Shown here: one piece after another, positions 37,690 through 49,659 of the stretch
How positions within the stretch are numbered: position 1 is the stretch's first letter
Layout of the letters: each line of letters starts with the position of its first letter
From: Torpedo marmorata
Lineage: Eukaryota
Assembly (NCBI GenBank): GCA_977017645.1
Contig: OZ360234.1
Coordinates: 94,922,001-94,986,000, forward strand
Direction: 5' to 3'
DNA: 64,000 nucleotides
Notes under the pieces: model-generated
The model's database searches: none
What the model saw: only the letters and a program-made list of their open reading frames with translations
Told to the model about the DNA's origin: nothing
Position numbers and translations under genes: made by a program

Positions 37690-37997
37690 ACCATCAGGAA
37701 AGAAATATAGGTGCCACAAGACTCAAGTTCAGGAACAGCTGCTGCTCCTCCACCATCAGACTCCTCAACAACAAACTCAATCAGGGACTCATTGAAGGAC
37801 TCTTACTTTTGCACTTTGTTTTTTTTTCCTCTCTGTATTGCACAGTTGTTTACATTTCTTTATTTGTTTACATTGTGTACAGTTTTTTTTTTGCACTACC
37901 AATAAGTGGTAATTCTGCCTGGCCCACAGGAAAAAGAATCTCAGGGTTGTATGTGATATCATTGTATGTGATATTACTCTGACAAGAAATCTGAAAT
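37690..37997 (+). mobile_element. Rex1/Babar-like 3' tail
   Basis: TRLKFRNSCCSSTIRLLN end, AAAAGAATCTCAGGGTTGTATGTGAT...GACAAGAAATCTGAAAT tail. Confidence 0.7.
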
Positions 37998-38344
37998 AAG
38001 GGATGGCAGGAAATGCTGGCCTTGCCAGTGGGATCCATGTCTCCCTCCCCCACTAAAAAAAAGTCCACTGGGTGAGCAAATAACTCTCCAACCGCTGACG
38101 CATGTTTTGGAGAGCACTCACTGTTTAATGCAGGAAGCACAGATGTCAATATGCTCACCAGCTGTCGAGCTTTAACCACCACACAATCTGCTTCAATGTA
38201 TAGGGAGGTGGGGGTGGAAGAAGCAATGGGTTAGGAAGCTTTGGAGGAAGCCCTTGCTTATTTTTGAGTGACATCGCGGGAGAGTTCAGGACCACCAGAG
38301 GGAATGGGATGGGAATGCTGAATGGTGGCAAGTTCGATACATGG

Positions 38345-39565
38345 TACACAAAAGTACTGGTGAATCTCAGCAGGTCAAGCAGCATTCATAGGAGGTCTTC
38401 ATGCTGCCAAATCGAGGCCACCTGCAAATTCTGTCTCTGCACGCTCCAACCAGACGGCATCAATATCGACTTCTCCAATTTCTGTTAGCCTCCTCCCCGA
38501 CTTTCCTTTCCCCTTGCTCCGCAGCCCAATTCCCTTCCTTCTCCTTTCAGAGAACTGCCCTCTGACCTCTCCCCATCACTTCTCAGCTTCTTTCTCTTCT
38601 TTATACCTCTATCCCCCACACAGAAGGTCTGAAAGCACTTTGCTTTTTCCTGGACCAAAGACCCGACCAGTCACCCTCCACCACCACCCTCCTCCGCCTG
38701 GCAGAACTTGTCCTCACTCTCAATAACTTCTCCTTTAACTCATCCCATTTCCTCCAAATCAAAGGAGTAGCCATGGGTACCCGCATGGGTCCCAGCTACG
38801 TCTGCCTGTTTTGTGGGCTTTGTGGAGCAATCCATGCTGCAAGCCGACACAGGTAAGACCCCTCATCTCTTCCTCCGGTATATTGATGACTACATCAGGG
38901 CTGCCTCAGGCACCCGCGATGAGCTTGTCAACTTCATCCACTTCGCGTCCAACTTCCACCGCTATCTCAAACTCACCTGGTCCATCTCTGATAACACTCT
39001 CCCCTTCCTGTATCTCTGTCTCCATCTCGGGAGACAAACTTTCCACCGACATTTACTGCAAACCCTCCAACTCCCACAACTATCTGGACTACACTTCCTC
39101 ACACCCTGTCCCCTGCAAGGATTCCATCCCCTTCTCTCAATTTCTCTGTCTCCGCCGCATCTGTTCCCAAGATGAGGTCTTCCAGTCCAGATCTTCTGAA
39201 ATGTCTGCCGCCTTCCACAAATGTGGCTTCCCCTCCACCACCATCATCTCTGCCTCCAGATGCAACAAAGATAGAATCCCCCTCATCCTCACCTACCACC
39301 CCACCAGCCTCCGCATCCAACACATTATCCACTGGAATTTCTGGCACTTACTACAGGGTCCCACCACCAGACACATTTTTCCTTCTCCTCCCCTCTCGGC
39401 CTTCCGCAGGGACCGCTCGCTCCGCGATTCCCTCGTGCATTCATCCCTCCCCACCCATCGCACCCCCGGCACCTTCCCCTGTGTCTGCAGGAGGTGCAAT
39501 ACCTTCGCCCATACCTCCCTCCTCACCATGGTCCGGGGCCCCAGACAGGCCTTTCAAGTGAAGCT
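38345..39565 (+). mobile_element. Penelope-like element, partial tandem (GIY-YIG end followed by RT fragment)
   Basis: TLQPDGINIDFSNF, then QIKGVAMGTRMGPSY, FLRYIDDYI, SHPVPCKDSIPFSQFL, RIPLILTYHP. Confidence 0.88.
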
Positions 39566-39793
39566 ACTTTTGAAAAATGTGCTCAGGGGGAGCTGTCACT
39601 CCCCCTGCACCCCCCTTGCTACACCACTGCTTGGTTAACCATGCCCCAAGGAAGTTTGCTGGAGCAATCTGCTGGAGGAACCCACTGGGAACCCACTGGG
39701 AACCCAGTGGGTGGAGCAGCATCAGTAGGAGATGGGGGGAGTGAGGAATTGTTAATATTTTGGGTCAAGACCCTTAGCAAAACCAGAGTTATT

Positions 39794-42700
39794 ATTATTT
39801 AAAAAAAATATTTTTAACATTTTTAATCACTCGATAATACATACGGTATTACAAAATGCAAAATTATCAAAATAAATGTGATATATTTTCTCCCACCCTT
39901 ACTATTCTAATAAAATTAAAAAAGAAAAAAAGAAAGAAAGAAAAAGAAAGTAAGGAGAATGTCAATCTAAAAAGAACAACTATAAGCTTATTTTATTGTG
40001 GAACACAGGTTCGCCAGTGAGATCCGATATCCAGAGATCTTCAAAATCCTTAAACACACAGTTTTTATATATGGGCTCCATATTTTCAAAAAGAAATGAT
40101 ATTTGTTACGTAAATTATAAGTAATTTTTTCAAGTGGTATAGCTGAACGAAGTTCTGCATGCCATCTCTCTAACCCTAAATCTACATCAGACTTCCATGT
40201 AATAGCAATGCATTTCTTTGAAACAGCTAAAGCAATTTGCAAAAATTCTATTTGATACATATTTAATCTCATTCTAATACAAATTCTTTTAATATCTCCA
40301 AACAAAAATATCATAGGATCCATTGGGAGTGTAATTCTTAATACTTTATCTAAAAACTTTTTAACTTTCAACCAAAAATCATATCTTTGGACAAAGCCAC
40401 ATGGAGTGTAAAAAAACGAACCTTCCTCTTTGTTAGATCTAAAACATAAACCTGATAATGTCGGATTAAATTTCTTTAATTTCTTTGGTGTTAAATATAA
40501 TTGATGCAAAAAGTTATATTGCACTAACCTATATCTAACGTTAATAATCTTCGTCATACTTTGTTTACATAATTCTTTCCAATGTTCTTCATCTATTGTT
40601 ACATTCAAATCTGATTCCCATTTTCATCTTGATTTATGAATTCCTAGTTTAGGCATTTTTCTCTAACAATCTATACATTTGATAAATAAATTTATTTATA
40701 CCCCCATTAGTAACTAATAGTTCCAGTTTACTTTGTCTTGGTAAAATTAAACTATAGCCCAACCTTTCAACAAAAAATGCTCTAATTTGATAATAAGCAA
40801 AAAGTGTATTATTTAATACATTAAATTTCTCTTTCATCCTTTGAAAAGTAATAAATTTACTAGCTTCAAAACAATCATTTATTTGTTTTTAATTCCTTTT
40901 TGAAACCAAATTTTAAATAATTGATTGTCAATAGTAAATGGAATAAGTTTATTTTGATATAAAGGCATTTTTCGAGAAATTAACCCTTTCCCTCCTATCT
41001 CACTATCCACTTTATTCCATATTTCTAACGTGCTTTAAAATAGGAGAGTTTTTACCTCTTAATAGTAATTTAGAATTCCATTTATAAATAACTTCTTTCA
41101 AATCCTCTCCTATATTATTTAATTCTATTCTAATACAAGCAGAAGATTTCCCTAAATCAAACATTTCATTAATAAATTTTAGTTGAGCTGCTTTATAATA
41201 ATTTTGAAAATTGGGAAGTTGTAAACCTCCCAATTCGTAATTCCAAGTTAATTTCTCCATACCTACTCTAGCCAACTTTCCCTTCCACAAAAATTTCCTA
41301 ATAATTAAATTTAAATCTTTAAAATAAAATTGAGGAATTTCATAAGGAATTGATTGAAAAAGATATTGAATTCTGGGAAAAACTTTCATTTTAATACAAT
41401 TTACCCTTCCTATTAAAGTTATAGGTAAATCCTTCCAGCTTTCTAAATCTTTTTTAATATTCATAAATAATGATAAATAATTTAATTTATATAAATTAGC
41501 TAATTTTGTATCTGTTTTTATTCCCAAATATTTAATTCCATCATTTGACCATTTAAATTGTGTAATTTCTTTACATTTATTATAATCTCCTTGTGTCAAT
41601 GCCATAATTTCACTTTTATCAGAATTAATCTTATAACCAGATATTTCCCCATATTCTCTCAATAAAACAGTCAGTTGTGTTAAAGTAATAGGTTTTGTCA
41701 TGTAACTCAATACATCATCTGCAAATAAACTAATTTTATGCTCTTCTTTTCCAACTTTAATACCTACAATCTTAATATCTTGTCTAATTAATGGATAAAA
41801 CATCGAAATCAACTATCAGAACTAAAACTGCTAAAAGAATTCTTACTTTGATGAAAGATTTGAATTTAATAGATATTTGGAGGAAGTTGAATCCAAGAGA
41901 AAAAGATTATTCCTTTTATTCTTTTAGACATGATTCTTATTCTAGAATAGGTATGTTTTTATTGTCATCACAATTAGAAGATAGGGTGACTCAAGCGCAA
42001 TATAAAGCAAGAATAATTTCTGATAATTTGCCTCTATTAATGTCATGTATAATTCCAGAAAAATATAAAAATATATAGGTGGAGATTTAATTCCTCTTTA
42101 TTGAAAAGAATGGATTTTTGTAATTATACAAGAAGAGAAATTCAAGAATTTTTACAGATTAATTCTAATTTGATTGACAATAAATTTATTATTTGGGAAG
42201 CTCTGAAAGCTTATTTAAGAGGTCAAATAATAAGTTATTCAGCAAAAGTTAAGAAGGAATATATTCAGGAATTGGATAATTTGGAGAAGGAGATTGAGTT
42301 TTTGGAGAAGGATTTGCAAAAAAAGAGATCAGAAGAAAAGAGGAAAAATTTAACTGAAAAAAATTATATTATAATACGTTACAAACATATAAAATGGGAA
42401 AATTAATTGAAAGAACTAAGGAAAGATATTATGAATTGGGAGAAAGAGCTCATAAAGTGTTAATGTGGCAATTAAAGAAAGAAAAAACTTCTAGAACTAT
42501 AAGTGCTATAAAAAGGAATTCTAAGAAAATAACATATAAAACGAGAAATAAATGATTCTTTTAAGGAATTTTATTTAAATATATATAAATCCCAAACTGA
42601 TAAAGGTGATTCTAAAATTAATGAATTTTTATCTAAAATTAAGTTACCTTGATTAAATATTCAAAGTAAAGAACTTTTAGATTCATCGTTTACGATGAGA

Positions 42701-44456
42701 GAAGTTAATGATGTTCTTAGTTCTTTAACAAGTGGAAAATCTCTGGGGGAGGATGGTTTCCCATCAGAATTTTATAAGGAATTTAAGGATTTATGTTGTT
42801 ACAAGATTGTAGTGAGGTAGAAACCCTTATTAGGAAAGGAAATATTAAAAAAATTACTTCTATAATGTATTCTTTGTTACAAAGGGGAGTTTTAAAACAA
42901 GGACTTCATAAATCTAGACAAAGATGGGAGCAAGATCTTAATGTTATAATTGATGAAAAAAGATGGTCGGATTTATGTCAAGTATGACCAATACTATTAA
43001 TGTAAGATATAGATTAGTACAGTATAATTTTTTACATCAACTATATCTTGCGCCACAAAAATTGAATAAGATAAAATCTACATTATCAAATAAGTGTTTT
43101 AGATGTGGTGAAGAGGAGGGGAACTTTTTTACATTCAACATGGTTATGCCCTAAAGTAAAACATTTTTGGATAGAGTTAGGGAATCTGTTAAAACAAATT
43201 ACAGGTGTTACATTTCCACAGAATCCTGATTTATTTTTATTAGGGAATGTGGAAGGAACTAGACCAAAGTTGAAGTTATCAACATGTCAATTGAAATTTG
43301 TAAAAATTGCTTTAGCAGTGGCAAGGAAGTGTATAGCAGTAACTTGGAAATAAGATACAAATTTAGGCATGGACAGATGGAATATAGAGATGCGGAGTTG
43401 TATTCCATTGGAAAAAATAACATATAATATGGGAAATAAATATGGGATATTTTTGCAAATTTGGCGTCCATATATCCAATCATTAGGTATGAATATTTAA
43501 ATGTGTTGCTCTACATCCTAGACCCTGTTGACTCTCTCAAATTTAAAGAATAAATATTGTTGAATGCCACACGTCGAATCGTGGACACAGCAGCGATCCG
43601 TGCAGATGTTTTTTTTAATAAGTAATACCAATGCCTTCCTTTCTGTTTTTTAGTTTTTAGTAAGGGGAGGGAATTAAAGGGAGGGGAAGGGTGGAGGGTG
43701 GGGTAGCAACATTATAGAGCGTGGGTTATGGGATGGGTTAGATACACTGTAATACAAACTGTTTTTATTTACTGGAATTAATAATGTATATTACGTATGT
43801 TGTACTGCTGTGAGAAAATTCAAAATTTAAAATAAAATATTTTTTAAAAAAAAAAGGAATTTAAGTATTTATTGATACCTCCATATATGGAGGTGTTAAA
43901 ACAAATAACGGAAACTCATTCTCTACCGGAAACATTTTCAAATGCAATAACAGTTATACCTAAAAAAGATAGAGATGTGTTGAAAACAGAATCATATAGA
44001 CCAATTTCACTGCTAAATATGGATTATAAGATAATGGCAAAAATTTTAGCAAATAGAGTGGCTAAATATTTACCAGATTTAATCCATGTAGATCAAGCAG
44101 GTTTTATTAAGAATAGATATTCAAAAGATAATATAGCCAGATTTATTAGTTTAATAAATGTGGCAGAAAAGAAAGAGGAATCAGCACTAGTATTAACATT
44201 AGATGCCGAAAAAGCTTTTGATAGATTAGAGTGGAATTATTTATTTAAAGTGTTGGGAAAATTTGGTTTTGGAACTACATTTATTAATTGGATTAAAACT
44301 ATATATATAAATATAAAGAATCCTCTGCCAGAGTGATGACAAATGGACAAATTTCTTCAAAATTTTTGTTGTCTAGGTCAACTAGACAAGGATGCCCTTT
44401 GTTGCCAGCATTGTTTATTTTAGCAATAGAACCTTTAGCAGAATTAATTAGACAAG
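39794..44456 (-). mobile_element. 5'-inverted (twin-primed) L1 insertion with TSD
   Basis: 39794-41790 minus: RT C-terminal half, 3' UTR, (AAT)n tail; 41791-44456 plus: upstream ORF2 ending at the same LIRQD breakpoint; TSD ACCAGAGTTATT at 39782-39793 and 44457-44468. Confidence 0.9.
42795..43853 (+). mobile_element. 5'-truncated L1 of a different subfamily nested in the inverted L1
   Basis: ORF2 C-terminus, distinct 3' UTR, AATAAA, poly(A); TSD AAGGAATTTAAG(G/T)ATTTAT at 42776-42794 and 43854-43872. Confidence 0.9.
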
Positions 44457-44922
44457 ACCAGAGTTATTGACAATTCCTCCCCCTCCCTCTCCTTCTCCAT
44501 AACTCATGATGCTCAATCCCGCTGGGTTCCTCCAGCAGTTCGGATTTTGCTCCAAATTCCAGTATCTGCTGTCTGCATTGAAGAATCTTCTCGTACATTA
44601 ATTACTGTTTAAAAATAATGATCTTTAATCCATTAATCAAGATCCATTATCTCGAGATTGAACTGATTAGGCAGAGAAATCTGACTCCAGATGTAATTAA
44701 TTTTGCTGAAACTCTGCCCTGCAAGATTTCGCTCTTTGTAGCCAAATAAAACTAAACATTTTTAGAGAGGAAATATGAATCAACTTTGCAAATATTTTTT
44801 CAAACCACATGCTTTATAAAATTGGGAATATATACTGCAGTTAATAAACTGGAATGAACTTCCATTCCTAATTCGCCTGGCATCTGTGATGTGTGCAGTA
44901 AACTTTTTACTTTCTCTTACAG

Positions 44923-44933
44923 AGATGATGTAG
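44923..44933 (+). CDS. RGCC: RGCC-like terminal exon, coding part (EMM-stop)
   Basis: TTTTTACTTTCTCTTACAG| acceptor, phase 1 gives GAG ATG ATG TAG; matches the very short last coding exon of the family; followed by unique 3' UTR-like sequence. Confidence 0.7.
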
Positions 44934-45311
44934 CCATTTCTGAGATGCATGGCTAGCGTTGCACAAGGAAACGTGATGTGTGAGGGATATCAGACCGGAC
45001 GCAGCCTTAATGAAGCTTCGCACCATGAGCTCCAATCTTTGCTTGCAAAAAACCGAGACTTTGTGTGCTGGTGGAACTGATTATAGGGAGCTGCGGCATT
45101 GTGCAGGCATGAAACCTGCACAGGAAGGAAGTTTCTTTTAAAAGCTGACACATTGCATTCTATTGTTGCAAACCTCCTTTGTGTCAAATTGAAAATAACG
45201 TCAAAGTTTGCACTGTCTGAAGTTCAATACAAATTGATTCTTATCTCAACACCTTTGATCTGCAAATTTATGTGTACATTTTGTAAAATATATATTTATC
45301 GACTTGAAACC

Positions 45312-45317
45312 AATAAA
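45312..45317 (+). terminator. Candidate polyadenylation signal of RGCC-like gene
   Basis: AATAAA about 380 nt after the stop, preceded by a U/A-rich tract and followed by T-rich sequence. Confidence 0.55.
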
Positions 45318-45454
45318 CTACCGGAACTCTTAACATTTTACCTTTTGGCCTAATTATTCTCTTGTACCCTTGAGTTTTTCAAGTTTAAGAATTAAAAAAA
45401 ATAATCATATGAAAAGTTTAAAAAAAAAAAAAAAAAAAAAAAAACCAAAAAAAA

Positions 45455-45878
45455 ACTGCAGGTGCTGGGAATTAAATTAAAAAAAAAAAACAAAAAACAG
45501 AAAATGCTGGAAAAACTCAATGGGCCACGTAGCATACGTGGAAAGATAAACAGTTGACGTTTTTTGAAGATCTTTCATCAGAAGTGAGAAAGAGACAACA
45601 AAAGCAACACACAGAATGCTGGAGGAACTCAGTGGGTCAGGCAGCATCTGTGGAAGGGGATAGACGGTCAGCATTTTGGGCCAAAATTGCTTCATCAGAA
45701 CTGGAAAGAAAAGAAGGCAGAAGCCAGAATACAGGGTGGGGTAAGGGGAGGAGCGCAAGCTGGCAGGTGATAGGTGAAAACAGGTTGACGTTGACGGTCC
45801 ATTGCTTTCCACGGATAATGCCTGACCTGCTGAGTTCATGCAGCATTTTGTATGTTGCTCCAGGTTTGCAGCATCTCA
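45455..45878. repeat. Cluster of Penelope pLTR remnants (tandem and inverted)
   Basis: Repeated AATGCTGGA(A/G)(A/G)AACTCA ends, hammerhead-like cores near 45556-45581 and 45670-45697, and a GACCTGCTGAGTTCATGCAGCATT inverted arm. Confidence 0.65.
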
Positions 45879-46955
45879 GAATCAATTTATTGTCATTCAC
45901 ACTACATACATAGCAAAAACGAAAAGAAGTATCCCTGAACAGTGTCCATAAATCACAAGACAAGGCCAAGACAATGCCTCTGACAAACAAGACTAACCAA
46001 GACAGCCCCTGCACGCCACTCAGCCTATCCAGGTAACCGCTGCGGATTTACGCGCCGCCAACCACAACAAGCAAGCAGCAAATATGAGCACCAGACAAAA
46101 CATAACCAAGCTCAAACCGCTTACTCGCCCAAGAAGCCGCCGCGATATATGAGTCGCCATCTTAAGCACGTTTGGAGTAAGGACACACTAAAAAACACAA
46201 AAATTCACAAAAGACACCAGATACACAAATAACTCCCCTTGTTACTGCACAGTGACTACAATACAGCAATCAGTAGGACTAGACAAATAGCCTCTACCGC
46301 AACAACATAGTAGTAGGCAAGATGTTAAATGTCCACTACTTACAGCACAGACCCGCCACCCAGTCCATTTTACCTCAGAGTTCAGCGTCCCCGCGCCAAT
46401 GTCCAGAAGGGGAGAACCCCCACACTGTATCCATGGCCACCAACGTCGCCGCCGTCTCCCTCCAACACCGTACTCCGAAGTGCCCGGTAGTCCTGTCGTC
46501 CGCCCTGGCCGACCTTGCCATCGTACTCCTCCGTTGGTCTCAGCAACGTTCTCCAGTCCTTTCAGCTGCCGCCGCAGCTCTCCATGAGTACCTGCGTGGA
46601 AGGGGTCCAAACCCCTGTCACTCTGAGCTCCAACCTGGTAGTTCTGCCACCGTCCTCCGAACCCGCCCTCTGCCATCCACACCTCGCACTGCATCCTCTC
46701 CTCGGCCGCCGACGCCACTCGACACCGAGGACTGGAGGCCTGCTACTGCAGTGGTGGGCCGGTCCATCAGCAGTGCCCAGAGACCTCACCCAGAGGTACC
46801 CCGGTACTGCTGTTGGGTTCCAGATGATCCCCGACACTCCATTTGTCCAATCCTCCTGCTTGTCGATTGTGCACGGCTCTCAGCTTAACAAACAACATGC
46901 ACTTGCCCGGAGGAGCCGCTGCGAGATGCTCGCTCTGCCGCCATCTTGTTTTCAA
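45879..46955 (-). mobile_element. Non-autonomous GC-rich retroposon(s) with AAGATGGCG head and Rex-type tail
   Basis: Minus-strand heads AAGATGGCGGCAGAGCG (about 46945) and AAGATGGCGACTC (about 46163); tail ATGACAATAAATTGATTCTGA; no convincing coding potential. Confidence 0.55.
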
Positions 46956-47136
46956 AGAGAGAAAGCAAGTTAGTCTTTGCAGCAGAGCAGGTGGGAGAGG
47001 TTAATGGGTGTAACAAAAGGAGTGCCTGTAACAGGATGAAATGACACTGCCATTATATAGATGGTTGAGCTCCTTGTCTTTGTAATGTTTTAGCAATGTT
47101 GTATAATCTGGCCAACCAGGTCGCACCCAAATATAC

Positions 47137-47778
47137 AGAATCAGAATTTATTGTCATGAACAAGTCATGAAATTCGGTGTTTTGCGGCAGCATCATAGTG
47201 CAATTAACATTCATATTAACCATCTAACGACATTACTATAAAAAATTATAAACAATAGTGCACGAAAAGTAAGGCAGTGTCTTTGGTTCATTGATTATTC
47301 AGGAATCTGATGGCAGCAGGGAAGAAGCTGTCCTTGTGCCGTTGAGTGCTCGTCTTTAGGCTCCTGTACCTTTTTCCCGATGGAAGCAGAGTGAAGAGGG
47401 CATGGCCTGGGTGGTGGGGGTCTTTGAGGATAGAGGCTGCTTTTTTAAGACACTGCCTCATGGAGATGTCCTCGATGGAGTGAAGTTTGGTGCCTGTGAT
47501 GTCACAGGCCGAGTTAACAACCCTCTGGAGTTTACTCTTGTCCTGGGAGTTGGCGCCTCCATACCAGGCAGTGATGCAACCAGCCAGAATGCTCTCCACG
47601 GTACACCTGTAGAAGTTTACGAGAGTCTTTGGTGACATACCGAATCTCCGCAGACACCTCACAAAGTATAGCCACGGACGAGCCTTCTTTGTGATTGCAT
47701 CAACGTGGATGCTCCAGGACAGATCATCGGAGATGTTGACACCCAGGAATTTGAAGTTCTTGACCCTCTCCACAGTTA
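47137..47778 (-). mobile_element. 5'-truncated Rex1/Babar-like LINE
   Basis: VERVKNFKFLGVNISDDLSW...NFYRCTVESILAGCITAWYG...HPGHALFTLLPSGKRYRS; (ATTCTG)n tail. Confidence 0.88.
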
Positions 47779-47844
47779 AGTGCAAAGGAGATGGCCGGCA
47801 AAATAGCCCAGTCCTGATACAAACAGAAAGAAAGAAAGAACCAG

Positions 47845-49275
47845 TAGTCTGAAGTTGGAAAATTCCACACTGAACCCTGAAGGCTGCACTGCAGCCAGTT
47901 GTAAGAGGAAGTGGTGTTCCTTCAGCTTGTATTAGGTCTCGATGATGGTCACAAGTAAAAAGCTCAGAGCGGGGATAGTGAATTCAAGTGGTAAACAACC
48001 GGAAGGGCAGGGGTACTCCTGCGAATGGAATGCAGACACTCTGTGATCCGGCTACCCAATCTGCAGTGTCTCTCCAGTGTCAAAGAATCCACTACTTCAT
48101 CTGGAAAGACTTATTCGGGTCCCTAGATGGTGGGAAGTGTTACAAATTCAAACCAGCAACGACAGAAGACGCAATGCAAAAGGGGTAAAATTGAAATTTA
48201 TATTTATTAAACACAATTAAACATATAATTTCACAACAATTAACCCCACTATAAACGTCTATAAACACTATTCTTATCTAAAAGGTGTGTGTGTGTGTGT
48301 AAAGCCCAGACCATTACAGTCTGTGCCCAACCCTTATGTAAAAATGGAAAAACTTTCCCCAAAAACCCCAGGTCAGTCATAAAAAACAAGTCAGTCAAAA
48401 AAAAGAGAATAATACAGTCTACAAAATTCACTCTCTAAGTTCAGGCTTCAAATTCAGCTCTGTGTCTGGTAGAAGTACTTCTGAATGAATGTTGGAGAGA
48501 GACAATGACTGTTTATGCTTACAAATACTTGTTTTCTTCTCTGATGACGTCCCCTTCTGGTATATTCATAAGGACTTCGAGTTCAGATCAGTATAGCACT
48601 GATTGAGGCGTATGCTTGAATCTCACAGCTAGTCTCGCTGATCTCACGCCTGTTCTCCACAGAAGTTGCTTTTAACTCAGAATTTCTCTGAGACAGGAGG
48701 CCATGTGCTATTCTGCCAGTCTTTTCTCTGACTATGCACACGCCTGGATTTGGCTGTGTTCTCTAGCCTTTGCAACTTACAACTGTCTGCTTTGTGCAGC
48801 GATCTGCACCTGCTTTTTGCAAAAGTGCAACAAATGTATCTGGTCCACAGTCTCTCTCTCTCTGGTCTCTCTCTGTCTGGGTACACCAAAAGTGCAACAA
48901 TGTATCTTTGTCCACAGCTTGTCTCTCTCTCTGTCTGGGTACACCAAGTCCTGGGGAAGTTAACTCTTTCAGTATCTGGCCCCAGTGTATACTCCAAAAG
49001 ACTTCATCCTTCCTGCTGACCGTCCGCAGTCCAAATGGTCAGTCATGGTCCATAACAGAAGGGAAGAGGGGGATGAGGTGTTGCACCTCCTGTGGTCGCA
49101 AGGGAAAGTGCCATTCTTATGGCAACCTGAGAGAGGGCCATTGGCCACCAATGGGGCAGCCCCCTCTGAACGCTGAGAGGGGAAGGGAATAGAGGTTTGA
49201 TAGTAAAACCTTGTTGGAGCTGGTGGAAATCGTGAAGGATGATCTACTGAATGTGAATGGATTGGTGAGGGGAAA
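47845..49275 (-). mobile_element. Old Penelope-like fragment split by a solo LTR
   Basis: Sequence on both sides of the LTR (GGTCCCTAGATGGTGGGAAG | GGAAGAGG...GTGTTGCACCTCCTGTGGTCGCAAGGGAAAGTGCC) parallels the Penelope copy at 39380-39560. Confidence 0.6.
48138..49057 (-). mobile_element. Complete solo LTR of the Gmr1-like family
   Basis: TGTTACA...CATAACA termini; 4-bp TSD GAAG (48134-48137, 49058-49061); reverse complement of 9183-10145. Confidence 0.93.
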
Positions 49276-49659
49276 CCACTATTGGCATATGTTGGAGTAC
49301 TTTATGAATGTGAATGGAAAGTGGATCAAGGGGCTAAGTTCTGTTCTCAGAGAGAGAGAGAGAGAGAGACTGAAACTTGTTTGCTGCAGTTCTGTACATA
49401 CATTAAATACACTAACAAAACTATAAATTACCACACGAAAATATAATTAATATAAAAGAACAGACAAAGATTCACAGTTGCAGTTTTTTGAAGGTGCTAT
49501 TTCAATAGTACTGATAGATCTTTGGTCCTGGTGTGGTTTATGATTAGTGTAGTAAGGGGAGGTTCAAAAGCCTGATAGCTGTTGGGGAAAAAAAACTGGC
49601 CTCGAACCTAGAGCTGCCAGACTTCAGGCTTCTGTATCTTTGGCCTGAAGGTAGCAGCG

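Noticed and set aside
45270-45300. Pumilio elements in the RGCC-like 3' UTR
   Set aside because: TGTACATT and TGTAAAAT are only near matches to TGTAHATA
46242-46973. 150-190 aa ORFs on both strands
   Set aside because: GC-rich repeat with no domain signature
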